The notes beneath the pieces are model-generated. The model did not search any database. It saw only the letters and a program-made list of their open reading frames with translations, and was not told the DNA's origin. Of a stretch of DNA of 64,000 nucleotides, positions 1-13,928 are shown piece after piece (the stretch's first letter is position 1; each line of letters opens with the position of its first letter). A program made the translations under genes and the position numbers. Source of the DNA: the human T2T-CHM13v2.0 reference genome, Homo sapiens; NCBI RefSeq assembly GCF_009914755.1, contig NC_060929.1; one strand, 5' to 3'.

Positions 1-229
1 TGTGGAACACTGTCGATCCCAATCTGGTGACAAAGCATTGCTAATACAATGAAGTGATGTGGTTTCCTTCTCTGTATGTGAACTGAGTTGTGGAATATCA
101 CTGTGCCAGGCCCAGGGCTGGCAACATATTCTGATCCCTGTCCTTGTGGGGCTCTCTGTCACAGGGGAGAAGGATGAGCCATGTGCTCAGAGGTCCTCAC
201 TGTCTTTTTTTCAAGACAAGGGCCATAGC

Positions 230-480
230 AGCCATGGCAATCAGAAGAAGGAGCGGTTTCCCTGATTTGGGGAAGGGTGCAGCCCTGATAGGTGAGGGTG
301 AGATGAGGAAAGGCCTCCCAGAAGAAGTGACGGTTAACCTGGTCCCTGAAGGGAAGGGTTTTCTGGGTGGGGAAGAGTCCTGCAGGAGGACAAAAGGCAT
401 GGGCACAGGCACAGAGGCTGCACAGCACCAGAGAGCCTCCACTGTGTGCTGTGAAGATGGAGGGGCCCTGAGAACAGATG
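230..480 (-). mobile_element. L2 LINE 3' fragment (old, diverged)
   Basis: 'aggaaaggcctcccagaagaagtgac...gaagggaaggg...aaaggcatgg' resembles the antisense L2 3' region. Confidence 0.5.
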
Positions 481-1687
481 AGGGGCATGAAGTGGAGGAG
501 TGGGGACAGAAGAGATGTGGCTAGCAAGATGGGCAGTCCCTCCTTGGGACTGGAGGAAGTCACAGTTCCTCACTGAGAGGTGAACTTGTTTCTAGAGCTC
601 TTGGTCAGGGTCCTTCTCATCCACACCTAGATGGCTGCACTCCCACAGACTCTGTGGGACATGATGTGGCCCTCTGGGTAGAAGAGGAGGACTGCCAGAG
701 CCCAACATGGATTGCCTACCTCTGCAGTCTCACTCGGGAGTTAGCTCTGGGGCTTAAGGTTTAGTTTCCTATTTGGTATGCATCTGCTCCCAAGATTCCT
801 TGTGGCAGGCTTGATGGTGTCTGGGATTTTTGGGTGTTTTTAAGGCCTTCTGAGGTGCCCCCAGGTAGAACAGGGGGAAGAAGGTCATTGATAGGAGAAG
901 CAAGAATGCAGGAGACAAACCACCCTAGACTCTCTCCTATAGTGCTGGCTATGACAACAACCAGGAAGGAGACCCTCAGAGTCCCACTGGGTCAACCTTC
1001 ACATCCTGGTAAGGGGCAGGAGTGGACACATTCTGGGAATGCAGCCAGTTCAGTAAATCTCTCCTGTAGGTATCTCCAGACCCCAAGAATGACTTCCTCT
1101 AGATGAGCTAAGTGGCCACCACTGCCCCATCTCCTGTGTTTGGGCACCCCCTGTGCTCTCCAAAAGTCAACAGCAGGCCCTAAAACCCAGGCTGAACCTG
1201 ATGAAATAAACCTCAGGACAATGGGGTAGGACAGGGGTCAGGGTAGGCCAACTCAGCATGGCGAGGCTGGGACGCCAAGGGCCTGAGTCTGCATGGTCAG
1301 TCCTGCCTGCCTTCACTCCCCTTTTCCATTCTCTGATGAATGTTTGGACAAGGTGGGTGGCAATGAGCTTATTTAAAGTGACAAATTCCTGAGGCAGATG
1401 CTCAAGTATAAACAATGTTTTTCCACACCCAGCTGTTTTTCTGCAAAGTGGGATTTCTTCCATTTTGTCCTATAAACATCCATGGGTGCGTGACCTCTGC
1501 TTAAATGTCAGAGTCAGTTGTTTTCAGCATTACTGGCTCCCAGGTTTTAATGTGTGTTTCTGGTGAACAGAGGCTTTTTAATATTAGAACATTGAGCCCT
1601 CAAGCCAAAGCCTTGGCTTATCCAGGGGAAAAGAAGAATCCATTTTAAGGAGAACTTTGGGGAAACATCCAGAGAATTCCAGCATAT

Positions 1688-1742
1688 ATGTGTGTGCATA
1701 AGTGTGTGTCTGTGTGTGTGTGTGCTTGCATACATGTGTGTT
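1688..1742. repeat. Imperfect (TG)n microsatellite
   Basis: tgtgtgtgcataagtgtgtgtctgtgtgtgtgtgtg... seen directly. Confidence 0.85.
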
Positions 1743-2254
1743 TCTGCAAAGCAGGCTTCCTAATTCCTCTTTAATGTGGACAAACCACTTCGGTGCTTCT
1801 CTTCAGAATGAATTAGAGGGTAATGCCCCAATCTATGCATCCTAGCAAGTTCTGAAAGTTCAGGTCGACTATATCATCCTGAGAGAGCTGGCTTTATGGG
1901 CCCATTGGAATGTAGGGGGTGGGGTGTGAGAGCTGGGAGTTCCAAATTCCCCTGGACATATTGCCAAGTTTGGGTGATTTTTGCCTGCACTGCCCTCAGT
2001 CCCAGATTGTCCAGGCCAGACCTTCCGATGCTCCTTGATCAGTGACTGACCATCCAGGGTCCAGCCAGCCACCCACCTTGGCCTGCTGGTTGCCTTCTTG
2101 CAACAGACCCATAGAAGTAGCCCCACTTATGGCCTGGCTTGGCACAGGAGGTGGGAGCCTGGGGAGAAAGGAGCCCATCTGTGAAAAAAGGAGAGCCCAG
2201 GATCACGCAGAGGGAGGGAGGTGCTTATTGTGGGAGAAATGAAAGAAGAGTATT

Positions 2255-2761
2255 GGTCCTTGGACTGCTGCTGCTCAGATCCATGTCAGGCCCTGCTCTC
2301 TCTGCCCCATGGGGTGGCTGACTGCTCGAGCTAACATTTCTCAGGCCCCCTTGCCTCTGATTTCTGTCTATGTTGGGCCAATAGGAGGCACCAATGGGAG
2401 ACTGGAGGGTGGGAGGAAGGAAGAAGCAGGGTATTTCTCCTCATGTCTGTTTGGGGCAGTGTCTAGGACAATGGCTGCATCCTCACTGTGGTTCTATTAT
2501 CCATGGCCAGCCCCTCTCTCTCAATCTGTGGGCCCAGGTCATGACTATGATTCTGCCTCCTGGGCTCTAGTAATGCTACCTCTTTCCTTTGACCTTCGAT
2601 CCTAGAAGTGGTGGCGGATTCCTGCTAGTGCTAAGCTCTGGGTTGCCTCCTCTTTCCCCGTGTGGTCTTTCTGCTCTTCCAATACTCTGGAACTTGTTTC
2701 TTATCTTAAAACCCTTCATTAAAGTACTTCATGGTTTTTTGACTGGACCCTGACTGGTACA
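2255..2761 (+). mobile_element. ERVL solo LTR, LTR33-like
   Basis: 'gccaataggaggcaccaatgggagactggagggtgggagg', ATTAAA poly(A) signal and terminal 'ggaccctgactggtaca', typical of LTR33/ERVL LTR ends. Confidence 0.7.
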
Positions 2762-4699
2762 AGGACTCTCCTTCCCTCTTCCTCATCTCTCCTCCTTTAT
2801 TTCTCTCCCATCTCCATTTTGCTGAGGAGTCAGCATTTGCTGCAGTGAGCCACTGGTGGTATAGTCACCCAGTCCTATTATTACTGCATTGTGCATATAC
2901 AGTGTATTTTAGTGTTCATGTTAGGAGAGGAGGGCATCATTGAATGCCCTCCCATGGTCACTCCTGTCATGGAGTGGGACCTGAAATTTATTTCTTTACC
3001 CACCTCCCTCCTTTAACATTTGTGGAGCAACTCTTCTCAGCAAAAAGACTCTATGCATGGTTGGGGGTGGGGACTGGGGCCTGAGATGAAGGATACAGGC
3101 CCTGCCCACCATGAACCCCCTGCACACTGAGAATGCTGAGGCATGCACACAGGTGAGGGTGATGTGAGGCACCACCTGAGGAGGGTGGCTCAGGGAAGTT
3201 GGAGAGGGAAGCCTCCTTTGACACAAGGAATTTGGCTTCTCTTCTAGAGAAGGTGACATTTGGCTGGGTTTGAAGGATGGGTAGGATCTGGGGAGGTGCT
3301 TGTAGGGGTGATACTCATAAAAGACATTCTGGGATTAGATGTGGAGTCTAAGACTCCAAATTTCTCTGAATAACTGCAAATTTCCCAATTGCCCATCTAT
3401 GCCTTAGTAAAGACTCCAAAAACCTTTTCGTGGAGGTGCTACAACTACAGAAGGGGGTCAATTTACACCCCGAGGAACCTGGGGAGAATCCCTCGGAGGT
3501 TTTAGGCAAATGCAGAATATCTTGAAGGTCCCTTTCTAAGGCTGGGTTATCCTCTGATGGACTCTACTTGGGATTTAGGGGGCTTTCCATATATCTGCTC
3601 ATGGAGAGGGGAAAAGGTAAGTTGTTGGAGGAGAGAAGAACAGAAGACGGGTGACATCAAGTTTGGGTTCCAGAGGTCTTCTGGAGAGATCATCCCAGTA
3701 GATCTGGATTAGTGTAAGGCAGCCTGAGGATATGGGTCCAAAGGGAGGTGACGTTGGGCAGATTTACATCAGTCAATGGATGGCAGTGTCTTCAGCAGTC
3801 TCTGTCTCTGAGCATGAGGAGACCTGTCTTAGAGGATGGAAACGCCTTCACCACACCCAGGAATATGGCAGAACAGAGATGGTAGATATAGGACAAATAC
3901 AAGAGGAGCCTCTCTCCCTCTTTCATTCCCACCTGTCCTCCCTCCCTCCTATTTTGGAGGGATGTCAGAGGCGTCATTACCAAGATGGAGGGCGGGATTC
4001 GAAATACATCATGGATTTAATAATGGAGATTTGTGGGATTTCATCTTGCATGTCTCAGACCCCTGAGGCCACCCCATGTCCAGATGAGCATATGTGTGAA
4101 GACAAGGATATATGTCCACAGCACTGGGGCCAGGAAGCTGCAGCTGGTGCTAGGTTAATTTCCAGAATTAGGCTACAGTCCCTTTTCATAAATTCCCCAG
4201 CAGTTAGAACAGCCATTAAACTGTGACTTTTTAAGGAGGAGAAATTTCATTATAGATCCAATTTTGCCTTGGGCTGCTGTGGATCATTTCACAGAAATTC
4301 AGGGCTAGAATGGCCCTGAAGTGTCATCCAGTGCCAGAATCTCCACCGTTATAGCCTTTTTCTTTTTTCTTTTTCTTTTTTAGCAGCCCAGCTTAAAGAA
4401 AGAAAGGAGGAAAAAAACCCTGCTGGACGTTGGATGTACAGCCAAACACCTGGGTTGGGAATGCAGAAAACAGGCATGGAATGCCAGGAACGCAGCACCT
4501 GTGGCTAAGTTGTGGTCTCACAGGTCAGTGTGGGCCCTGAGCACAGGACCCCACAGTGCCCCACTTTGTTGGCTGCCCCTGAGAGGCAGTTGGGTACACA
4601 GGGGTTGGGGGTGGTTGTCAGCCTGGTGTTATAAACGATCTTGGGCTTTGGAGCCACATAGACTTGGCCTCTAATCCCAAGAGACCCTGGGAGGTGGGG

Positions 4700-5102
4700 G
4701 TGGAATGTGGAGTGAGGAAGTAAGAGATGGAAGGGAAAGAAGCCGATAAAAGATGTGTTAGCCAGCAGGCTGACTCTGTGGGCGCCTGAGGATGCATCAG
4801 GCTCAACAGCTCTGGAAGACGGTGTGAAATGTGATCAGTTATCACAACCAAGGAGCGAGGGAGCTGGGGCATTGATCCTTCAACTCCCCATCCATCATGG
4901 GTGGAGGGTTGCTCTCAGTGGTAGGGCATGTTAACTCTCCAGCACTTCTGGCCTGCTCTGCACATGGGCTGAGTGGGCCCATTGGCCAGAGAAAACCCTA
5001 GGGCAGAAACTATCAAGAACTTGCCGAAAGTAGTTGGAAGTCACAGGCATGACATGAGAATGAGGAGGAGAAACGGGCAAGGCACCAGCAGTGACTGCCA
5101 CA
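4700..5102 (-). mobile_element. ERVL LTR16-family solo LTR
   Basis: 'gagggagctggggcattgatccttcaactccca...gagggttgct...ttaactctccagcacttctggcctgc...ggcaccagcagtgactgccaca' matches antisense LTR16 motifs. Confidence 0.65.
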
Positions 5103-5733
5103 GGTACCTGCCACAAGACCCCAGAGACTCATGATCTGATCAGTCCATCTGTGTGCACCTGCTGGGAACCCAGTGGATGATCCTCTTCACTTCCACCAGG
5201 AGGATTTGTTCTTACCCGCAGCTTAGGAAGGGATCATGCATATGCCAAGGAATGAATGGCTCAGCTAGAATATGGGAGGTCACTGAGAGTTCTGGGGAGG
5301 CAGGCCATAGTCACCTTTCTGCTGATGTGGAGCCTGTCTGGACTGGAGGGTACCCCTGGGCTCAGCAAACTCCCTTAGACACATGGGCTTGGCTGGCTTC
5401 CTCCTGCCTCTGCTGTAATCCCAGGAGGCCTCCTTGAAAGGTTTCTTCTGCTGCTCTTTCTAAGAAAAATCTCTTCCTTAGCTTTGAGACTTGAACACTC
5501 AGCCCCATGAGGGTAGTTTGGAGAAAACTGCCATAGCTAAGCTCATTCTCATGGGGATGAGGAAACCAATACTCCAGCAAAAATAGGCAGATCCTTGACT
5601 TGAGCATCCAGGGATGGGGACTTCAGGATAAAGCCAATGGATGGAAATTTAGAAACTAAACATTCCTCTTTCTTCTGGTGCTCAGGGTGGAAGGATAAGA
5701 GATGAAAGCAGGGGAAGATGGTTAGGCTGGGCA

Positions 5734-6049
<316 letters not shown>

Positions 6050-7329
6050 TTAGGCTTAGCAGTATTCTAATGAGCACATCCCAGGTACTTAACAATAACG
6101 CTCCTGGACCTGGGCCTTGTTTGAAGCTGGCAGCATCATCTCTACACTGTTGGACCAGATAGAAGACATGGAATATGCCAAAGCCTTTGAGTCCTTGTCT
6201 TCCTGCATCGACCCTGAACTTCCAGCAGAAAGCCTCGAGTTAGATGCATGTACATTTTTCCTTTGGAGAAATAGACAGTTTTGTGGCTAGCTTTATGATG
6301 ATCAAAGGTCAGCTGGGCTGAGCGTGGGGTTCTCCAGGTAGCATTTTGGACATGGTTTGGTTAGGAGAGTAGAGAATGGAAAATGAGAAAAGGAAATAGT
6401 CTGTAAGAGGGGCTTCTTCATTCAAAGTATTGATTGGCTCTGCATTCCTCATGGTGGGATTCCTTTAATGGACTGATGTGTTTCCTGGGAAGTGGGCTCA
6501 GAGTGCGCAGGTTATGCTCTAACTTTTGTGTCCAAGATATGGAGGCGGAGCCATGGCTTGTGCCTTTGGGATATTGGCAGCCTTTTATCTTCACAGGGCT
6601 CCCATCTGTTTGGCAGCTCAAGAATTGCTCTGTGCAACTGGCAGTATAATAGTTCTCATTTTAGAAAGGTTTCAGGCCTATTTAATGCTCTGGGAGGCCA
6701 AATTCAAAGCTGAAAGCTCCAGGGTGACCCAACAAATGCCTAATTTTCCAGAACTAATCTGTCCTGCTCAACTTGTCCCCTTTTGTCTCCCCGGATCAGC
6801 ATAACTGTCAAAGTCATTCTCATGTTGTACAAAATGACAACTGTAATCGCAGAAGAGTGGAACAGGGCTACTCCAGAGGGGAGAATCTGTTTTGAGGATG
6901 ATTCATTTAAAATGTTGTTCTATGAGGTTGCTTTGCAATTTATCCCTATACGGAGGACTGCCACATGATTTAAAGAGTTTCTCAATCCCATCTTTAGTGT
7001 AAATTTAAATGGGTGTAACTTCCTGTGGTATATTTTTGCTCTTTATCTATAACACTGTTAAGCAGAGGACTGCTTTTGAAGTCCAACCCAGGGGAGGGGG
7101 AGGTCTTTGAGACGATGTCAGCCCACAAGTGCCTCCATGTTGTTTTTCTTCAGAGCCCCTCTACCTGTGTGGTTCTTGGCCTCCTGAGGATGAGGATGAA
7201 AGAGGTGTGTAAGGCTAACTTCAGTGTGACAACACATGTGGCCTGATTGTCTTTTGCAGCATCCTTTGGAGGCCCGATCCATGGTGACATCATGAGTTAG
7301 CAAGATGACTGGGTCATAGAAGATTCTGT

Positions 7330-7690
7330 CTTCTGTACTACAGTGCGTAGGCTTTGTCTTGAGGGCCATGGGGAGCCACTAAAAGGTTTCATGCAGGAAA
7401 GCGGCAAGGAAGTTTGCTGTCTTAGAAGACTGACTCAGGCTTCCATGTGGAGGATGGATTAGAGAAGGGAACCTGGAGGCACAGCGACCTATTAGGAGGT
7501 AGATATGTTTACCCAGGTGGGAGAAGGAGTGGTAGCCTGGACTCAAGAAGGGTTAGATGGAATGCCAAAGAGAGGCACAGTCAAGAAATACCTAGGAGGT
7601 AAACTTTAGCATGCTCAGGGATTGATTATGAAGTACAGAGGAAGGAGAAGTCTAGTTTCTGGCCAGAAAACAGAATGGGTGTACAAAGTC
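7330..7690 (-). mobile_element. L2 fragment
   Basis: 'gagggccatggggagccactaaaaggtttcatgcagga...gtggaggatggattagagaaggg...ctattaggagg' is canonical antisense L2. Confidence 0.75.
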
Positions 7691-8424
7691 AAGGTTGATT
7701 CTGGCCTCTCTCATTCTTGGGAATGTCTCCACAGCACCAGGAGGGCTCTTCTCTATTGTAAAAAACAGAGAGGAGCCTGGGCAGAACAGTAGGAAGAACA
7801 TTCAAACCCATGTTTTGAACTATTTTTTAAATCATCATTTCCCAGATAATGTCATTATACTAATTTGAAAGGGAGCAATCCAATTCATTTTCTATTTGTG
7901 GTTGCCAGCCCCATGAATACTTAATGGTTTTGGATTACAAAGCCTTCAGCAGTGGCTCTCATGCAGTCAATAGGATTGGAGGGCGAGGAGAGGCCAGTGT
8001 TGAGGTATTGATAGGCTGTGTACCTCCTCATGTGTCTCCTGCTTCAATAGCGTCTATTTTGAGCTGAGTTCTTTCTGAAGCTCCGGCAGGGTGAGGAAAA
8101 TGAGCATGCTTCCTGCTTCCAAGGCTGGCTGTCAGAGTTCAAGAAATGATCTGTTGTGACAAATGGCAGTGGCTTCAGGTTATGTGGGAGGACTGCAGCC
8201 CTAAGACGGGCAGTTATCTCTGCAGTTTAATAGTGATTTCAAGTGGGGGAGGGCAGCCAATCTGTACAAGGGGAAGATGACAGACTGTGGATGGATATTA
8301 TTTTTATAGGTTTCTTGAAAGAAAGTGGGCTGTACGGTTTATTCACAGACACAATGCCCATGAGAAAGGTGCCTGGGCTGGAAGAACTGTGTGCTTGAGG
8401 CATAGTGAAACTCATCACAGACAT

Positions 8425-8802
8425 TGCTAGGGACTGAATTGTGTCCCCCTGCCCCACTCATATGTTGAAGCTCTAATCCCAAATGTAACTGTATTTGGAG
8501 ATAGGGCTTTCAGGAGGTAACTAAGGTAACTGAGGTCATAAGGGTGGGGTCCTAATTCAATAGGGTTGGTGGCCTTATAAAAAGAGGAAGATCTCCCTCT
8601 CCCCTGACTCTCAGTGCACATGCCAGGAAAGGCCATGTGAGCGCACAGCAAGAAGGCAGCCACCTGCAAGCCAGGAAGAGAGCCCCCTCCAGAACCATGC
8701 TGTCTCTTGATTTTGGATTTCAAGGCTCCATAACTATGAGAAAATACATTTCTGTTGTTTAAGCCACACGCTTTCTTGTGGCAGCCCAAGCAGACTGAGG
8801 TA
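8425..8802 (+). mobile_element. MaLR solo LTR, MLT1A/MLT1A0-like
   Basis: Starts tgctagggactgaattgtgtcccc and contains 'ggccatgtga...gcaagaaggcagccacctgcaagccagga'. Exact 5-bp TSD GACAT (8420-8424 / 8803-8807). Confidence 0.92.
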
Positions 8803-10743
8803 GACATGTAGATGTGAGGATGATCTAATAGTGTCTCATTTGAACAAAACAAGTCCACTCTCAGGGTACCAAGTTGAGAACTGAAAATGAAAACTAATTC
8901 TTCTGGATTTAGATTTTTAATCTAATGGAGAGGGAGGCTGATTTTCCTTTCCTCTTCTTGCATCAGTGATGTGGCAAATATATTGTTTGCTCAATTTTAA
9001 AATCTGCATAAATATTGTGATCTTTAAATTTTTTTTAACTTAATTTAAATCTTATATTGGCAAATGGCTAACATATTCCTCACATAACTTCTGAATTCTC
9101 TCAGTATCAGGGAGGGTAGATGCATTTCTCCCAGAGCTTGAGCTATTTTCAGAGACTAAATTAGAATTGGGCAAGGCCGAGTGCATTCTTCTACTTCTGT
9201 TGCTGTGCTATGGGGGTACCTTGCCCATGGCTCTATCTCTCACCAGTCCTATTTGCTCTCCAAAAACAAGGTAAGAAGGCAGGGCCAATTCTAGACTTGC
9301 CTAGGTGGTGTGGGGGTGCTGTGTGTGCTTGGCCTGTGGACTATGCTGCCTCCTCAAGAGGGATGTGGTGGACACTTCTGTTAACGGCCAAGGAGACGAT
9401 GCTGGCACAGGGTCCATCCTGCAACCCAGTGTACCAAATGCAAATAACAGGCATCTCTTCCAAAATCATCTAGGAGAAGCCATTCAGGAGGGAAGGGCGA
9501 AATACCTTCTAGAGCTGAGCTGTGACCCAAGGAGTGGAAGTTCTGGCCAATGGCCAATCATCATGGGGCCATGGGACTCCTAAGATATGTCCAGCTTATG
9601 TTGAACTCAACACCATGGAAGGACACTAGAGAAAGAGAAGGCTTGGGCCCTACCTTCCAGGAGCTCATGATTTCCCTAGGGAAACAAGACAAACCCAAAG
9701 AGAAGGTCATAAAAGACTGACTTGCATTGGAAGATTTTTGAGAAGGGAAAGCAGTGATTTGGGGTTCAGTGTTGTCCTGGGTGGATGACATAGTTGACAC
9801 CTGTGTTTAGAAAGGCCTTCTGGAGGAGAGGAGCTTGTTTGGACCCTCAAAAGGGGGTGAAGTCTGGGAGTCCCAAGACAGAGCTCCAATGGCTTCCTCA
9901 TTTGTTTGCTCACTAGGCAAATACTTTTTAAGAATCTGCTGCATGCCAGGCCTGCGCTGTGCCACCGTGTTAAGAAGAAACCAAGTAGCCATAGCCACAT
10001 CGGGGAGAGTCATCTCTCCAGGGCAGATGGGGCTCTAAAGACCAAGAACTCTGGAGCCAGATGAATTCCTTATTCATGGGAGGAAGACAAGTGTCACCCA
10101 GGCAGTGAGTACTGCTGTTGCTGCAGCTTTGTTTTATGACAATGGCTAATTGCCTCCATCTGTGTCTCCTCTGACTCCACATACCCATCCTTCTTCCCGG
10201 TGGCCCCCCATGTCTCTGTTCCACATGGGAACAGGATTCCTGGGGCTGGCCTCTGAAGGTGTCCTCTGTCTGCAGGAAAACTCTAGTGATTGTGACTCTG
10301 CCCTCTGGCCTCTGTGGGTGTACCAGCGTGTGGAATCCAGGGCTATTCCACAACTGCAGTGGGGTTGGTGGAACATTCTCCTGCCACAGATCAGGAAATC
10401 ATCTCAAGACATCTGCCAGCTCAGGGCTCTGAGAGGGATTGCTTGCCAGATGCTGAAACTGCGTTTATTGAGCTGGGGTCTGGTTGTAATGGTAGTGTTG
10501 GATTCAGACCTCTGCTAAGTCCATAATTAAACAGGTAGAGTGGACAGACCTGGGAAGCTGGTAATGATAACACCAACAACAGCAACAATCCCAGGCATGG
10601 GACCTCTGTCTCCAGCTGGGATAAGAGATGTTTTGAAACCTTGGCACTAGAGGAGCCTTAGAGGTTATCTTACCAGCCAATGCTTTAGTGCAGGATTTCA
10701 TCTACAGATTTTCTTAATACTGGTCATTTTGCCTTGAATGAAT

Positions 10744-10950
10744 CAGTGGTATGCTGGTAAATGTTTAACAAGTGGCTCTCTGGAGAAAGTAAAACAGTCT
10801 TGATTTGCGGTTGTCAGTTTCCATGGTATAAATAGTCCCACCACGGCTGGTTTCAATTTACCAACAAGACATCCATGAACGCAGAATTGGGAAGAGATAC
10901 TGACAGCTAGCTCTCACGAGAAAGTATGAGCCAGATCCTGCATACCACTG
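10744..10950. mobile_element. MER63A-like hAT-Blackjack MITE
   Basis: Perfect 11-bp TIRs CAGTGGTATGC...GCATACCACTG; internal 'aatagtcccaccacggctggtttcaatttaccaac' and 'gaattgggaagagat'. Confidence 0.85.
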
Positions 10951-11334
10951 CTTTAATGGGATACCGCTAAGTGACAGGAAACCCACTACCTCTTGGTACA
11001 GCCCATTCCAGTCATCGTTCCTTCTGTCTGACGTCTGTCAGATTTGATACCTTTTTGAGGACCAAAGTAAGTCCATCCCGAAGCAAATGTCAGAAAATTA
11101 TACCCAGCCAGAGTCTGTCATTCTTTCCTATTAATGAGTAGTCCCCCAACTCCCCATTCCCATTTCTGGTTCCTATTTCTACAGATATTTAAAGAAGAAG
11201 GGAGTTAAGATTAGAGGTGAATGATTCTCATGAAAAAAGAGTAATGATTATGTACTGGTCTTGGATAATAATCTTGTACTGACCACCAGATTGCCCACAT
11301 ATAGGTTACTCCAGATCTAGCTCATTACATTTCC

Positions 11335-11580
11335 AGTTAATTTCATTCGACAATCACAATAAAGCATCTACTTTGTGCAGGCCGTGTGCTGGACACTGTG
11401 GGGAAACAGTGAGTGAGGCATGGTCTCAGCTCTTGGTGGCTCACTGTTTAATGAGCGAGAGACAAGTCAGCCAAGACTCTTAAGTATTTTGTTCCATGAG
11501 AGAGGGGCAGAGAATGTGCTTGGAGGTCTCCAGTTGTAGAAAGGTCACTTCTGACTGGATGGTCAAAGAAGATGATGTGA
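11335..11580 (-). mobile_element. L2 3' end
   Basis: 'agcatctactttgtgcaggccgtgtgctggacactgtgggg...gcatggtctcagctct...ctcactgtttaatg'. Confidence 0.65.
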
Positions 11581-12997
11581 AATTTTAAGCCTCAATGGTA
11601 GTCATATGTAAATTGCTACAATGTTTGTGGTTTGCTATTTTTGGTGTCCCTGCTATGGAAAGGGACCAGTTTCTGTGTCTGACTTCTAAGAGCAGAGAAC
11701 ACCTTCCCCATGAAGCTCTGGGTAGCTTCTGTCACACATATGGCTGCAGGAATCTGCTCACGTTGCAGTGACAGGCAGGGGATTTAACAGCACCATCATT
11801 AGGCCTGATCAATAGCTCAGCATGTGGAGTGGAATAAGCCCATAGTTCTTGTATTAGAAACATCATCTGTAGCAACTGCATGCACAGTAGCCAAAGTCTT
11901 TAGATATTGGACTCTGGTGCCAATTTTCAACTTCCGTTACCTCGAGGTTGAGTAACATTATATTCACACACCAGAAAACATGTGGGCTATTGATAGCCAA
12001 ACCAGGCCACGTTCTGCATCTCTGCTGAAGTGGGGTCTGCTTCCCACGGGACTCAGGAGGAACTCCCCAACTTCTATGCTGCCTTGGTGCAGAGGGATAG
12101 AGAGGAAGAGTGGGTATCCGTTACGAGTAGGTGGAAATATAAAAGATGACCTTTAAAAGCCAGCTGCTGTGAACAAACACAGCTACTCACAGCAGTAAAT
12201 GGCATTTGTTTAATAGCCATTTAGATTTGGAGTTGATATGCACAGTGAGTTAAACTGACCCTGTCTCTGGCCTTCAGAGTTTATAATTTATCACCAATGT
12301 GGTCAACACAAATCACCAACAAGTAAAATTTCTATCACATGCTGGTTCTGAAAATGGTGAAACAACCTACACAGTGAAACCATACCTTCCTGCTGGAGTT
12401 GAACCAGAGGAGGAAAGCTTCGTAAAGAGGTGGCTGCTGCAGAATTCCCAGGATTTCCAGATTAAATCAACTAATTAATTAATTCTCTTTCTCTCTCCTC
12501 TTCTTCCCCCCGACCCCCATGCCTCCCACTTCTTGGAAAGGAAAGTTCGAGCAAGCATGAAGGAACACAAAAAAGAGAAAGATGTTACCAACTTCAAGAG
12601 CTTCAGTCTCTGAAGCCAATCAGGGAAAACTGGATGAAAGATTGTTGAGGGGTTCATTTATTCATGGCCCCTAACTCCTTAGTGTTTTCATGCTAAAGAT
12701 CAAGATGAGGAGTATAGCAATTTTATTTAACCCAGCAGGTCTTCTTTGGCCAATGTGTTTTTCCATCGGGAGAGAAATGCAAGAGTGCTGAAAACTCTGG
12801 TAGATAGCAAAGCACAGAAAATCCCTTTCACAAGTAGCAGAGACTTTGGTTACAAGGTGGGTTAGGGGGCTCAACCCCTGTTCTTTGTTAAGGTGGCATC
12901 CTCAGCCTCCTGTCATTTTTCGGGAAACTAATTGGAGACTCTACTGACTAGGCAGGCCACATAGACAAGGCCTGTACTGGATGTTTGGGCTGTATTT

Positions 12998-13017
12998 GTT
13001 GTTGTTGTTGTTGTTGA
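12998..13017. repeat. (GTT)n microsatellite
   Basis: gttgttgttgttgttgttg seen directly. Confidence 0.85.
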
Positions 13018-13094
13018 TGTAGCTCAAGTACTTTGATTCCTGGCATCAGAAAAGCCCAAATCTAGATCAAGAATGAGTATGTTTTTCATCACTT

Positions 13095-13928
13095 ATTCTA
13101 TTTCACCAATTTTAAGATATACTTTTCTCCTTATTTTCCACATTTTAACATCTATAAAATTAAGGGCATTGTGCAGTTACTGTCAGCCACGGAACAGTTG
13201 TGACATAGTTGTCATCATCTATGCATGTGAAGACCTGGTCTTAGCTATTAACATATTCTCTGCAATTGTGTTTTGAAGCTGTATGCATTTTGATTCTACA
13301 TATGTTAAGTTTAATTGAAATTTGTAATGTTTTAAAATAAATTATACTATGCTTTGGTATTGAAATAAAACAAAAAAAGAGTAGATGTAAAACTGATATT
13401 AGTGAAACAAATATTAATATTTGTCACTGGAGAAATAACCAAAATTCTGTATTTTCTTGCAGAACACCAAGTACTGTGTGAAAATATGGCTTACATTTTA
13501 ACGTGCCAACAAATCAAATCACCTGGGAATATTGTTAAAAATATTTGGTAGGTGGGGGGAGGGGAGGCAGCAGTTCTTCATTTGTAGCCAACACCCTGGT
13601 GATATCAATGCTTCAGGTCCAGAACACAGTTTGAGTAACAAGGCTTTACAAGACCTAAACAAATAAGTTAGCCACAAGTAGATAAAACTGTGCTCATTTT
13701 GTTTCTGAGTTGTGTGCAGTGGATTGTGTATCACTTAAGTCATGCTACTAAAGGAAAGAGAAATACCAAATAACCAGGGATAGGATGAAAGAAATTTTGA
13801 AGCATTAGTGGTGTGATTGATTTCATGTGTCTCACATGGCTATTGATAAGGTATCATGTCATAGTTTAATTTAGATACCAAATATAACGTCTTATGATCA
13901 ATTGGCCTCAGATTTAATGAAAACCATA
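13095..13928. mobile_element. Tc2-type DNA transposon relic (Kanga1/MER104 family), interrupted by MER5
   Basis: Left end 'tatttcaccaattttaagatatac...ccacattttaacatct' and right end 'cgtcttatgatcaattggcctcagatttaatgaaa' resemble the MER104/Kanga termini. Confidence 0.6.
13490..13645. mobile_element. MER5A/B hAT-Charlie MITE, nested in the Kanga element
   Basis: 'aatcacctgggaatattgttaaaa...ggtgatatcaatgcttcaggtccagaacacagtttgagtaacaagg'. Confidence 0.65.
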
